Below are positions 28,349-38,438 of a stretch of 64,000 bases of DNA, piece after piece (the first letter of the stretch is position 1; each line of letters starts with the position of its first letter). A program made the position numbers and the translations under genes. This DNA comes from Candidatus Methylomirabilis sp. (GTDB lineage: Bacteria > Patescibacteriota > DYJS01), in the NCBI GenBank assembly GCA_020723005.1, contig DYJS01000001.1, positions 25,951 through 89,950 on the forward strand, given 5' to 3'. The notes under the pieces are model-generated. The model was not told the origin of the DNA and ran no database searches. It saw only the letters and a program-made list of their open reading frames with translations.

Positions 28349-28900
28349 TTATAATTCATCATCTTCTAAATCGTTTTCCACCTCTTCCAAATCTTTAGCA
28401 AGCCAAGGAGTTATCGCTTTTATCACTAAATTTCTGTTATCATCTTCTCTTGTTATCAAATTTTTTGTAAGAATTGAAATTAATCCACCTTTTTGTTTTA
28501 TATTTTTGGTTCCAAAAATTTCATCAACTGCTGGTCCCATTTCTACACCATTTTTTATTAAAATTGCTAAATCTTCTGGCAAAATATCAACATCGCCAGA
28601 AACTTTTGAAATTTTTCCTTGACTATCCGAAATTATGCAAACCCCAAAACTATATGCACCAAATTCGTCTTCATAAAATCCTGATTCAATCGCAACATAA
28701 AAATCTGCTTTTGTTTCTGCTTTTAATAAATTTACTCGCTCAATTGCAAGTTCAATTGTTTGATCTTTTCCTATTGGTTGGTTTGTTCCAGATGGCTGAA
28801 TGTTAAAACTTGCAAATTCTGAATTTGGAAAATAAAATTCAAAAATTTGTTTTATTGCTTCAACTTTGTTTGGATTTTTTGATGCAATTGCAATTTTCAT
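28349..28900 (-). CDS. Inosine/xanthosine triphosphatase, YjjX family
   Basis: MKIAIASKNPNKVEAIKQIF, FYVAIESGF and a C-terminal ...GGLISILTKNLITRED... align well with the YjjX family. The internal ATG at 28900 is the likely start. The track ORF extends to 29005 through a low-complexity K-rich leader. Confidence 0.75.
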   Translation of the reverse strand: MKIAIASKNPNKVEAIKQIFEFYFPNSEFASFNIQPSGTNQPIGKDQTIELAIERVNLLKAETKADFYVAIESGFYEDEFGAYSFGVCIISDSQGKISKVSGDVDILPEDLAILIKNGVEMGPAVDEIFGTKNIKQKGGLISILTKNLITREDDNRNLVIKAITPWLAKDLEEVENDLEDDEL

Positions 28901-29293
28901 AATTTTTAGATTTAATTTATTTTGCAGGAAAGTTCCGTTTTGGTCGTATTGTTTTTTCTTCTTTTTTTGTGTGAACCTATATTTTTTTAAAAAAACCTCG
29001 CCCAACGACTAAAAATTAATTTCTAATCGAAGGACGAGGTAAAATTTCCCCGTGGTGCCACCTTCTTTCCTATAAATTTTGAAAAATTTATAGCTCTCAA
29101 ATTTTCTAAAAAATTCAGAATTGAATTTTCTCAAAATTTTTTTTTGCTTGTTGGGCAAAATTTTGAAAAGAAAATTTTCGAAAAGAAAATTAAAAAAAGT
29201 TTTTCTTTTTGCAAATTTTTTAAAAATTTAGTTGCAAATAAAAATTTTTCAAATTAGTTTATCTTTGTAAATTAATTTTTTATAGGAGGAAAA

Positions 29294-29959
29294 ATGAATA
29301 CAGAAGAAAAAAGGTCAATACCTCTTTTGGGTGATGAATTTCCAAATTTAACAGTTCAAACGACTCATGGAACTTTGAATCTTCCACAATATTTTAAAGG
29401 AAAATGGTTTGTGCTTTTTAGTCATCCAGCAGATTTTACACCAGTTTGTACAACAGAATTTGTTGCTTTTCAAAAAAGATCAGAGGACTTCAAAGCGATA
29501 AATTGCGAATTGATTGGACTTAGTGTTGATCAAGTTTTTTCACATATAAAATGGGAAGAGTGGATTAAAGAAAATTTGAATGTAGAAATCACATTTCCAA
29601 TTATTGCAGACACAGGAAAAGTTGCAGAAACTTTAGGTTTAATTCACTTCGGAAAAGGCACAAACACTGTTCGTGCAGTTTTTGTTGTTGATCCAGAAGG
29701 AAAAATTAGAATAATTTTTTATTATCCACAAGAGCTTGGAAGAAACATTTCAGAGATTTTGCGAGTTGTGAAAGGTATGCAACTTTCCGACAAAGAAAAA
29801 GTTGCAATTCCTGCGAATTGGCCAGAGAATGAACTTGTTGGAGGAGATGTAATTGTTCCTCCTGCAAATAGCCAAAATCTTGCAAACGAAAGAAAAGAAA
29901 AGTCAAAAAGTGGTGAGATGCAATGTTTTGATTGGTGGTTTTGTCATAAAAAGGTTTAA
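29294..29959 (+). CDS. Peroxiredoxin (1-Cys Prx/Prx6-like, AhpC/TSA family)
   Basis: [18 protein letters not shown] is the peroxidatic Cys motif. The thioredoxin-fold Prx6-like C-terminus ends ...[15 protein letters not shown]. Confidence 0.85.
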   Translation: MNTEEKRSIPLLGDEFPNLTVQTTHGTLNLPQYFKGKWFVLFSHPADFTPVCTTEFVAFQKRSEDFKAINCELIGLSVDQVFSHIKWEEWIKENLNVEITFPIIADTGKVAETLGLIHFGKGTNTVRAVFVVDPEGKIRIIFYYPQELGRNISEILRVVKGMQLSDKEKVAIPANWPENELVGGDVIVPPANSQNLANERKEKSKSGEMQCFDWWFCHKKV

Positions 29960-30041
29960 ATTCAAAAATTTTTAAATAAAAAACTAGCAAATTTCTTATT
30001 TAATAATTTTGAATAAAAAATAAAAAAGATAAAATTTATAC

Positions 30042-32573
30042 TTGGTTTCCCTTGACCAAAAAAATTTTTGCCCTAGCGAAAAGAAGAAAATTGAAAAAAT
30101 GGTTAAAAAAAGTTTGATAATCGTTGAATCTCCAACAAAAGCGAAGACCTTATCAGCTTTTTTAGGAAAAGATTTTGTTGTCCGATCTAGTTTTGGACAT
30201 ATTCGAGATTTACCACAAAAAACTCTTGGTGTCGATACAAATGCAAACTACGAAATGAGTTTTGAAATTTCAGAAAGAGGAAAGAAAACATTAAACGATC
30301 TTAAAATCTCCGCAAAATCTGTTGATGAAATTATTTTGGCATCAGATCCAGATCGAGAAGGAGAAGCGATTGCATGGCATATAAAAGAGTTGCTAGATAA
30401 TAAAAAAATCAAATTTTTTCGTGCAACTTTTCATGAAATTACAAAAAATGCAGTTTCTGAATCTTTGCAAAATCTTGGTGAAATAAATTTTAATCTTGTT
30501 GATGCACAAAAAGCTCGTAGAGTTTTAGATCGTCTTGTTGGTTATAAACTCTCTCCGCTTCTTTGGAAAAAAGTTTTGCGAGGAATTTCTGCAGGTCGTG
30601 TTCAAAGTGTTGCAGTTCGATTGATTTCTGAAAGGGAAGAGGAGATAAAAGCTTTTAAGCCAGATTTTTGGTGGGATTTAGACGTTGAAATTACAAAGAA
30701 TTTTGAACTTTTTGATTATTTTAAAAATCAAATTTCTGAAAATATAAAATTGGAAATTCCGAAAAATTTAATTTTTGATAAAATTTCTGCAAGATTTGTT
30801 CAAAAAACTGGAGCAGATGCAACTCTTAAAACAGAAGAGGATGCAAAAAATTTACTTTCAAAAATCTCCAATAAAGATTTTTTTGTGGAAAAAGTTGAGA
30901 AAACAAAATTTTCAAAAAAACCATATGCACCATTCACAACTTCAACACTTCAACAAACTTCATCTGCAAAATTGCATTTTTCTGCAAAACAAACAATGAA
31001 TTTAGCTCAAAAATTGTTTGAAGGAATTCCAGATTTTGGTGGTCTGATCACATATCATAGAACTGATTCAACAAATCTTAGTGGAGAATTTTTGAATAAA
31101 TCTAGAATTTTTATTGAAAAAAATTTTGGAAAAAATTTTATTCCAAACTCACCAAGAATTTATAAAATAAAATCAAAATCAGCTCAAGAAGCACACGAAG
31201 CGATTCGTCCAACAGATGTAAATTTGACTCCAGAAAAATTATCTGCAAGTGGAATTGATTCTCAAATGTTAAAACTTTATACTTTGATTTGGCAACGAGC
31301 TGTTGCAAGTCAGATGAGTGATTCTGAAGGTTTTAGAACAACAATTGATTTTTTATGTGAAAATGAAAAGTTTCGTTCTAATGGTCAGGTAATCACTTTC
31401 GAAGGTTTTTTAAAAGTTTGGGGTGGAGATTTTGAAGATAAAATTCTTCCAAACTTAGAAAAGGGAGAAAGTTTAAAACTTTTGAAAACAGAAATTTCTG
31501 CACATCAAACAGAGCCACCTGCAAGATTTAATGAAGCTAGTTTGATTAAAACACTTGAAGAGCTTGGAGTTGGAAGACCATCAACATATGCTTCAATAAT
31601 CTCTGTGATTCAAGAAAGGGGTTATGTAAATTTGCAAGATAGAAAATTTTTTATTACAGATATTGGTGTTGCTGTAACAAAATTTTTGGTTGCACATTTT
31701 CCAAAGATTGTTGATTATGAATTCACTGCAAAGATGGAAGATGATCTGGACGAGATCGCAAATGGAAAAAAGAATTGGATAAAAGTGGTTGATGAATTTT
31801 ACAAACCTTTTGAAAAAGATTTAGAACAAAAAGATTTGAATGTAAAAAAAGAAGATTTGTACGAAGAAAGTGAAGAAATTTGTGATCTTTGTGGATCTAA
31901 AATGGTTATTAAACTTTCTCGTTTTGGAAAATTTTTAGCTTGTAGTAGGTATCCTGAATGTAAAGGAAGAAAAAAAATTGTTGGAGAAAGTGGTGAGATG
32001 ATCGCTGAACCACCAAAGTTATTGGAAGAAAAATGTCCAAAATGTGGAGCAAATCTTGTTGAAAGAAAATCTAAAAAGGGAGGAAATTCTTTTATTGGTT
32101 GTTCAAATTATCCAAAATGTAAATTTATTAAAAAAGAAGAAGCGAAAAAAGTTGGTGAAAAATGTCCTAAATGTGGAAGAGACTTGGTGGAGAAAAAAAG
32201 TCGTTGGGGAAAAACCTTTATTGCTTGTAGTGGATATCCAGAATGTAAATATATTAAAGGAAGTGAGGAAAATGAAACAGGTGTGAAGTGTCCAGAATGC
32301 AAAACTGGAGATTTGATAAAAAAAATTAATCGTTGGAAAAAAGTTTTTTATTCTTGTAGTAACTATCCAAAATGTAAATTTATTACAAACGATTTAAAAA
32401 ATTTGGATCAAAAATCTGAAAATAAAAATTCTAAAAAAATAGAAAATTCTGAAGAGATAAAAAAATTTTCAATAGATTCTAGAAAAAATATTACAAGAAA
32501 GGATAAAGGGAAAAATTCTAAAATTTCTCAAAAAGTTAAAGCAGAGAGAAAGAAAATTGTATCAAAAAAATAA
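30042..32573 (+). CDS. topA: DNA topoisomerase I with four C-terminal zinc ribbons
   Basis: Toprim domain LIIVESPTKAKT...DPDREGEAIAWH, active-site region GLITYHRTDS, and four repeats of C-x2-C-x16-19-C-x5-C. The real start is probably the ATG at 30099 (MVKKSL...). Confidence 0.9.
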   Translation: MVSLDQKNFCPSEKKKIEKMVKKSLIIVESPTKAKTLSAFLGKDFVVRSSFGHIRDLPQKTLGVDTNANYEMSFEISERGKKTLNDLKISAKSVDEIILASDPDREGEAIAWHIKELLDNKKIKFFRATFHEITKNAVSESLQNLGEINFNLVDAQKARRVLDRLVGYKLSPLLWKKVLRGISAGRVQSVAVRLISEREEEIKAFKPDFWWDLDVEITKNFELFDYFKNQISENIKLEIPKNLIFDKISARFVQKTGADATLKTEEDAKNLLSKISNKDFFVEKVEKTKFSKKPYAPFTTSTLQQTSSAKLHFSAKQTMNLAQKLFEGIPDFGGLITYHRTDSTNLSGEFLNKSRIFIEKNFGKNFIPNSPRIYKIKSKSAQEAHEAIRPTDVNLTPEKLSASGIDSQMLKLYTLIWQRAVASQMSDSEGFRTTIDFLCENEKFRSNGQVITFEGFLKVWGGDFEDKILPNLEKGESLKLLKTEISAHQTEPPARFNEASLIKTLEELGVGRPSTYASIISVIQERGYVNLQDRKFFITDIGVAVTKFLVAHFPKIVDYEFTAKMEDDLDEIANGKKNWIKVVDEFYKPFEKDLEQKDLNVKKEDLYEESEEICDLCGSKMVIKLSRFGKFLACSRYPECKGRKKIVGESGEMIAEPPKLLEEKCPKCGANLVERKSKKGGNSFIGCSNYPKCKFIKKEEAKKVGEKCPKCGRDLVEKKSRWGKTFIACSGYPECKYIKGSEENETGVKCPECKTGDLIKKINRWKKVFYSCSNYPKCKFITNDLKNLDQKSENKNSKKIENSEEIKKFSIDSRKNITRKDKGKNSKISQKVKAERKKIVSKK

Positions 32574-32677
32574 AAATAATAGAATTGAAGTTTTTAATAA
32601 ATTTTTGTTTTTAAAAATTTAGAAATTTTCTTGAGTAAAATTTTTTTCATTTTAGATCTTTTCTGTCTAAAAATTTT

Positions 32678-34177
32678 TTGAAAAAACTTTTATTTCTAAC
32701 TTTTCTCATCGGTTTTTCATCTTTAGCTGGAGAAATTCTTGCAATAAGATCTCTTTCGGTTGTTTCTGGTTCTTCTTCAATTGTTGTTTCAAATATAATT
32801 TCTGTTGTGATTTTATCAATGAGTTTTGGATATTTTATCTCTGGAAAAGTTGAAAAATCTCAAAAAAATCTCTCTATTGGAATTTTTGTTTCATCACTTT
32901 TTTTTATAATTGCACCAATTTCAATTTTGTTTTTAAAAATTATTGCATCAGTTTTGATAAATGATCTCTCTCTAACTTTTTTTATTTTTCTCTTTGCAAG
33001 TTCGATTTTAGGATCTTTTTTTATTGCAGGAATTCCTGCAATGAGTCTTGGCTTTTCCTCTCCTATTGTGTTTGCAATGTTGCAAGACGAAATAAAATCT
33101 TCTCAAATAACAGCAAGCAAAAGTTTTTTGTGGTCTGGAATTGGAAGCTTGTTTGGAAGTTTGTTGCCAAATCTTTTTTTAATTCCGTTTCTTGGAACAG
33201 ATCTTAGTTTTATTTTGATAGGTTTAATAAATCTTCTTTTTTTCTTTTTTGCATTTGAGAAATTTTCTGATAAAAAGTTTTTTTTATTAGTAATTTTAAC
33301 AATTTTTTCAATCGTTCTTCCAAAAAATTTTACAAAAGCTTCGGTTATAAAAAGTTTTGAAACAGAATACCAAACAATAGAAGTTAGGGAAGACGAAAAT
33401 GGAATGAAATTTCTTGGAATAAATCTTGGACTTGGCTATCAATCTATTTTTGATCCAGATTCAAAATTTTTGAATAAATTTTATTTTGATAATCCATTAA
33501 TTTTTTTGAATAAAAATATAGGTTCAAAAGATTTTAAAGTTTTGATTCTTGGCTCAGCTGGAGAAACGGTTAGTAGCTACATTCAAAAATATTATGGAAA
33601 AGTTTATGAAAATTTAGAAATTACTAATGTTGATATTGATCCAAAAATGCATAAAATTGCAGAGGAGTTTTTTAATTCTTCTGGAACAAAATTTGTTTCT
33701 AGTGATGCAAGAATTTTTTTGGATTTTACAAAAGAAAAGTATGATTTAGTTGTGGTTGATCTCTATTCAAACGAATTTTATATTCCAAGTACAGCACTTA
33801 CGAAAGAGTTTTTTCAAAAAATTTCAAAAGTTCTTACACCAGAAGGGGTTGTTACTTTTAATTTGAATGCTGTTAGTGAAGATTCGAAAATTACAAAAGT
33901 TGTTGTTGGATCTATGCAGAAAAATTTTGATTTCGTTTACATCTCTCCAGATTCAGAAAAACCAAATCAGATAAATAATTTTTTAATTACAGCATCAAAT
34001 TCAAAAATAAATTTTAAAAATCTTTGCGAAGAGATTCCTTTTTCAGATTTGGATATTGAAAACGAGTGTAAAAGAATTGCTAAATTTGCGAGAGTTGCAA
34101 AAAAATCAGATATGGTTGGAAAAGATAGCAATATCTCGTCAGAATTTTTGACTGCAGAGCTTATTTTTGATCTGTAA
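32678..34177 (+). CDS. Fusion of a polytopic membrane domain with a spermidine-synthase-like (aminopropyltransferase fold) domain
   Basis: About 200 N-terminal residues are hydrophobic. The C-terminal domain reads VLILGSAGE...NVDIDPKMHKIAEEFF...VVVDLYSNEFYIPSTALTKEFF...LTPEGVV, a PABS/spermine synthase fold. Confidence 0.65.
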   Translation: MKKLLFLTFLIGFSSLAGEILAIRSLSVVSGSSSIVVSNIISVVILSMSFGYFISGKVEKSQKNLSIGIFVSSLFFIIAPISILFLKIIASVLINDLSLTFFIFLFASSILGSFFIAGIPAMSLGFSSPIVFAMLQDEIKSSQITASKSFLWSGIGSLFGSLLPNLFLIPFLGTDLSFILIGLINLLFFFFAFEKFSDKKFFLLVILTIFSIVLPKNFTKASVIKSFETEYQTIEVREDENGMKFLGINLGLGYQSIFDPDSKFLNKFYFDNPLIFLNKNIGSKDFKVLILGSAGETVSSYIQKYYGKVYENLEITNVDIDPKMHKIAEEFFNSSGTKFVSSDARIFLDFTKEKYDLVVVDLYSNEFYIPSTALTKEFFQKISKVLTPEGVVTFNLNAVSEDSKITKVVVGSMQKNFDFVYISPDSEKPNQINNFLITASNSKINFKNLCEEIPFSDLDIENECKRIAKFARVAKKSDMVGKDSNISSEFLTAELIFDL

Positions 34178-34237
34178 AATTTTATAAATTTGAATTAAAA
34201 AATACTTTTTTTAGAAATTTTTTGATTTAAAAATTTT

Positions 34238-35506
34238 TTGAAATTTTTGGTTGATGTTCATACACTAGAAAAAGAAAAAGCAGGAAAAGCTTTTTATGCT
34301 GAAAGTTTGCTTGCTGGAATTGCAAAGAATAAAAATTTTGAGAAAGATGAGTTTTTTCTTTTTGCTCCAGAAAGATTTGAAATGGAGTTTGATCTGCCAA
34401 AAAATTTTCACTTTATTGAGTGCAAAAAGAGAGGAATAAAATTTCATTTAAGTTTGATAAAAGAGATTTGGAGCAAAAAATATGATTATTTTTTATCTCT
34501 CACAAGTTTTATTCCTGTTGCATTTGGAAGAGGGAAGATGATTTCAATAATTTATGATTTTGCTAGTTGGAAAAATGATGATTTTAAAAAAAATAGAAAA
34601 GCAGAAATTATTGAAAAACTACTTATAAAAATTATTGTTTGGAGAAGTTCAAAAATTATTACAATTTCTCAAAACACACAAAAAGAATTATTGCAAAGAT
34701 TTCCAAAAACTTCAAAAAAATCTTTTGCAATTATGGGATCTGCAAAAGAGTATAAAAAACAAAATCCAGATGAAGATGTTTTGAAGAAATATAATTTGCA
34801 AAAAGAGAACTATTTTCTTTATGTTAGCACACTTGAGCCACGAAAAAATCTTTCAAACACATTGAAAGCATTTCGAAAATTTTTAAATTTTTTAAAAAAG
34901 AATGAATTAAAAAGTGATGTTGCAAACGAAGCTAAATTTCATCAGCAGGAAAATGAAAGTTCCTTCTACAATCTTAGAAAGATAAATTTAAACGATAATT
35001 TTACGACTAAAACTTCAAATGATAATTTTGGCACAAAAATTTCAAATGATAATTTTGGAATGACAAGTAAAAATTTTCCAAGATATGTAATTGCTGGTGG
35101 AAAGGGTTGGTATTTTTCTGAAATTTTTAAAACAATTGAAGAGGAGAATTTGCAAGAAGATGTTCAATTTTTAGGCTATACACCAAATGAAGATCTTCCA
35201 GCACTTTTCAGAAATTCCATTTCTCTTCTCCTTGTTCCTTTTTTTGAAGGTTTTGGTTTGCCGGTTGCAGAAAGCATCTCTTTTGGAAAAAGTGCAATAA
35301 CAAGCAACACATCATCATTGCCAGAAGTTTTGGGAAATTGTGGAATTGCAGTTGATCCAAAAAATATTGATGAAATTTTTGAAGCAATAAAAGAGATGTG
35401 GTTTAATGAGGGGAAACGAAAAAATTTTGAAAAAGAGACTTTGACTTGGAGAGAAAACTTTAAAGTTGATGTAATGGGAAGAGAGTTTGAGAAAGTTTTG
35501 AAATAG
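34238..35506 (+). CDS. Family 4 glycosyltransferase (GT-B, group-1 glycosyl transferase)
   Basis: C-terminal FFEGFGLPVAESISFGKSAITSNTSSLPEV is the EX7E motif region. An internal tandem repeat TSNDNFGTKISNDNFG is present. The start codon is TTG. Confidence 0.75.
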   Translation: MKFLVDVHTLEKEKAGKAFYAESLLAGIAKNKNFEKDEFFLFAPERFEMEFDLPKNFHFIECKKRGIKFHLSLIKEIWSKKYDYFLSLTSFIPVAFGRGKMISIIYDFASWKNDDFKKNRKAEIIEKLLIKIIVWRSSKIITISQNTQKELLQRFPKTSKKSFAIMGSAKEYKKQNPDEDVLKKYNLQKENYFLYVSTLEPRKNLSNTLKAFRKFLNFLKKNELKSDVANEAKFHQQENESSFYNLRKINLNDNFTTKTSNDNFGTKISNDNFGMTSKNFPRYVIAGGKGWYFSEIFKTIEEENLQEDVQFLGYTPNEDLPALFRNSISLLLVPFFEGFGLPVAESISFGKSAITSNTSSLPEVLGNCGIAVDPKNIDEIFEAIKEMWFNEGKRKNFEKETLTWRENFKVDVMGREFEKVLK

Positions 35507-35713
35507 AGATTATAAAAATTTATAATTTTTTATGAAAAATGGAGAGTTTTATGAAAATCAGATTTTTAGAAATGAAGAATTTTAATCAGGACTTTTTGAA
35601 ATTTTAAAAATTTTCTAAAAAATTGAAAATAAATTTTTAAACTTTTTTAAAAAATAATAAAAAAGAGCGATTCTATAAATCGCTCTTAAATTTCCAGAAG
35701 TGTTCGAAAAAAA

Positions 35714-36514
35714 TTATTTTCCAATTAAACTCGTCATATCAACTTTTACAGATGGTCCCATTGTTGGAGCAAGTGAAAGAGATTTGAAATATACACCTTT
35801 TTGACCAACTGGTTTAAGTTTTTTGACTTCCATAAAAAGTGCAGATAGATTTTCATATAAAGCTTCTTTCTCAAAGGAGATCTTTCCAATTCCACAATGA
35901 ATGATTCCAAGTTTATCAACTTTAAAAATCAGCTTTCCTTTGTTTAGTTCGGAAATTGTTTGTGCAGGATTTGTTGAAACTGTTCCAGCTTTTGGAGTTG
36001 GCATTAAACCTTTTGGTCCAAGAATACGAGCAAGTTTTGTGATTTTTGGCATAATATTTGGAGTTGCAACAACTACATCAAAATCTAAAAATCCATTTAA
36101 AATTTCTTCAATTAAATCCTCTCCACCAGATTTTATAGCACCAGCATTAGTTGCATCTTTTTGGTCTTTTTCATCCATTCCTAAAAAAATAATTTTTTTC
36201 ACTTTTCCAAGTCCGCTTGGAAGATTAACTGTTCCACGAACCATCTGCTCTGGTTTTTTTGTATCAACACCAAGGTTTAGGTGAACTTCTAAACTTCCTC
36301 CAAATTTTGCAAAAGAGAGTTTTTTTGCAAGCTCTATCGCATCCATTGGAGAATATAATTGACTTGAATTGATCATTTTTTTCATTTCAAGATATTTTTT
36401 TCCTCGAAAAGTTTTTTTCTGAGACGCTTGAGGTTTTTTGATGACTTTTTTTTCATCATCTTTCTTTCTAATAACCTCTTTTTTCTTTTTTTTATCTTTT
36501 TCTTTTTTTGGCAT
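35714..36514 (-). CDS. rplA: 50S ribosomal protein L1 with a lysine-rich N-terminal extension
   Basis: The core AIELAKKLSFAKFGGSLEVHLNLGVDTKKPEQMVRGTVNLPSGLGK matches L1. About 50 N-terminal K/E-rich residues precede it. No rplK gene is adjacent. Confidence 0.85.
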   Translation of the reverse strand: MPKKEKDKKKKKEVIRKKDDEKKVIKKPQASQKKTFRGKKYLEMKKMINSSQLYSPMDAIELAKKLSFAKFGGSLEVHLNLGVDTKKPEQMVRGTVNLPSGLGKVKKIIFLGMDEKDQKDATNAGAIKSGGEDLIEEILNGFLDFDVVVATPNIMPKITKLARILGPKGLMPTPKAGTVSTNPAQTISELNKGKLIFKVDKLGIIHCGIGKISFEKEALYENLSALFMEVKKLKPVGQKGVYFKSLSLAPTMGPSVKVDMTSLIGK

Positions 36515-36765
36515 TTTTACTCCTTTTTATGTGGTGCAAACGAGAAATTCTCTCCCACTTAATTTATTAAAAACTTGCAAAATTTTTCTAAAAATAAAAA
36601 AAAGTTCGTCAAGTTTAAAATCAAGATATTTTTTTAAACTTTTAATAAAATTTAGTAGTTTTATAAATTTTCAAAAATTCTGGACTTTTAATCTTGTTTT
36701 AATTAGTTGTATCTTTGGTTTTTCTGTGTGCAAATTTCCGCAGAATTTAATTAATAACTTGGTGT

Positions 36766-38199
36766 ATGGCAAATACACAAAAAAATTTACCTTCTTGGCT
36801 TTCTGAAGATGAAAATTTAGTTCCTCCAGCAGAAGGTTCTTTGGTGAAAGGAAAAATTATTTTTAAATCCAAAAATGAACTTTGGGTTGAAGTTGGAAAA
36901 AGAACAATCGGAGTTGTTCCACCAAGAGAAATTAAAGATGGACTGGGGACTATGAAATCTTTGAAAGTTGGAGAAGATGTGACAGCATATGTTTTATCTC
37001 CAGAAAATGAACAAGGTTATATGGTTTTAAGTCTTAAAAGAGCTGCAAGACAAACGGTGTGGGATATTTTGGAAAAGAAAATGGAATCTAAGGAAGAGAT
37101 CGAAGTAACACCTTCAAAAGCAAATCGTGGTGGGCTGATTGTAGTTTTGCATGGTATTCAAGGATTTTTACCAGTTTCTCAGCTTTCACTTGAACACTAT
37201 CCAAGGGTAAAAGATGCAAATCGTGAAGAGATTTTGGCAAAGTTGAAACGACTTACTTTGACTCCAATGAAAGTTCGTGTTTTGGATGTAAATAGAAAAG
37301 AGAAAAAATTGATTTTTTCTGAAAAAGCAACTTTTTCTGAAGATGTCAAAGATATGTTGAAAAAATTATCTGTTGGGGATGTTGTTGATGGAACTGTTAG
37401 CGGAGTTGTAAATTTTGGTGTTTTTATAAAATTAGATAAAGGAGTTGAAGGACTTATTCATATCTCAGAAATTGCTTGGGAGCATGTTGCAAACCCTTCT
37501 GATTATTTTTCTGAAGGCCAAAGAATTAAAGCAAAAGTTATTGAAGTTGATGAGGATAAAGTTTCTCTTTCAACAAGACAACTTACAGAAGATCCTTGGA
37601 TTGAGCATACAAAAGGAATTGAGCTTGGAAAGGTTGTTTCTGGAAAAGTTACAAGAATTGTTCCATTTGGAGCATTGGTAAAGGTTAATGATTTTGTTGA
37701 TGCTTTGGCTCATATCACAGAGCTTTCCGAAAAACCACTAGATAAAGCAAGTCAAATTGTTGAAGTCGGAAAGTCATATAAATTTAAAGTTATTGAATTT
37801 GATCCAACAGAACACAGAATGGGAGTTTCTTTAAAAGGTGTTGAAAATGAAAATTTGCTTGATCAGTTAGAGAAAAAAGATGCAGAAAAATCTGAGAAAA
37901 AAACTGTTGCAAAAAAAGTTGAAGAAAAATCTGAAAAGAAAAAAGAAGAAGTTGTTTCAGAAGAAACCAGAAAATCTGAAGTATTAAAATCTTCCAAAAA
38001 TTCTGAAAAGAAAAAATTAGAGCCTGAAATCGAAGAAACAAAACTAAAAAAGAGTGTAAAGAAAACTTTATCTGATCAGTCTAAAACAGGAAAAGAAGAA
38101 AAACCGAAAAAATCAGAAAAGAAAAGAGTAGAAAAAAAGAAAGAAGAAAAAAGCGAAGAGAAAAAAACTGCTAAACCAAAAAAGAATTCGGATTCATAA
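36766..38199 (+). CDS. rpsA: 30S ribosomal protein S1-like (multiple S1 domains) with a K/E-rich C-terminal tail
   Basis: Four S1/OB repeats, for example GSLVKGKIIFKSKNELWVEVG and GDVVDGTVSGVVNFGVFIKLD. The C-terminal ~100 aa are low-complexity EKK-rich. Confidence 0.75.
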   Translation: MANTQKNLPSWLSEDENLVPPAEGSLVKGKIIFKSKNELWVEVGKRTIGVVPPREIKDGLGTMKSLKVGEDVTAYVLSPENEQGYMVLSLKRAARQTVWDILEKKMESKEEIEVTPSKANRGGLIVVLHGIQGFLPVSQLSLEHYPRVKDANREEILAKLKRLTLTPMKVRVLDVNRKEKKLIFSEKATFSEDVKDMLKKLSVGDVVDGTVSGVVNFGVFIKLDKGVEGLIHISEIAWEHVANPSDYFSEGQRIKAKVIEVDEDKVSLSTRQLTEDPWIEHTKGIELGKVVSGKVTRIVPFGALVKVNDFVDALAHITELSEKPLDKASQIVEVGKSYKFKVIEFDPTEHRMGVSLKGVENENLLDQLEKKDAEKSEKKTVAKKVEEKSEKKKEEVVSEETRKSEVLKSSKNSEKKKLEPEIEETKLKKSVKKTLSDQSKTGKEEKPKKSEKKRVEKKKEEKSEEKKTAKPKKNSDS

Positions 38200-38218
38200 A
38201 TTTTATTTTTTGAATTTT

Positions 38219-38260
38219 AAAGCCTTGAATTTTGAAAATTCAAGGCTTTTTAGTTTTTTA
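38219..38260. terminator. Strong rho-independent terminator between the convergent rpsA and htpX genes
   Basis: AGCCTTGAATTTTgAAAATTCAAGGCT is a perfect palindrome followed by T-runs. Confidence 0.7.
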
Positions 38261-38438
38261 TGTATTTTGCTCCTTTTGTATCTTTAAATACTAGAAAGTT
38301 TTTAGTTTTTTATCTTTAAAAAATTTTAATTACTTTAAAAGTTTTTATTATTAAGAGATTTTTTGTAACAATCTTTTTAGTTTAATTTTTTATTTCTTAT
38401 ACAATTTTAATTAGAGTTTATTTTTTTAAATATAATTT

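Noticed and set aside
28335-28806. Plus-strand ORFs 28335..28622 and 28474..28806
   Set aside because: They are antisense to the YjjX-family ITPase gene, which matches its family closely along its whole length.
35901-36806. ORFs 35901..36284(+) and 36438..36806(+)
   Set aside because: The first is antisense to rplA. The second overlaps the rplA start and the intergenic region, and disappears once rpsA is placed at 36766.
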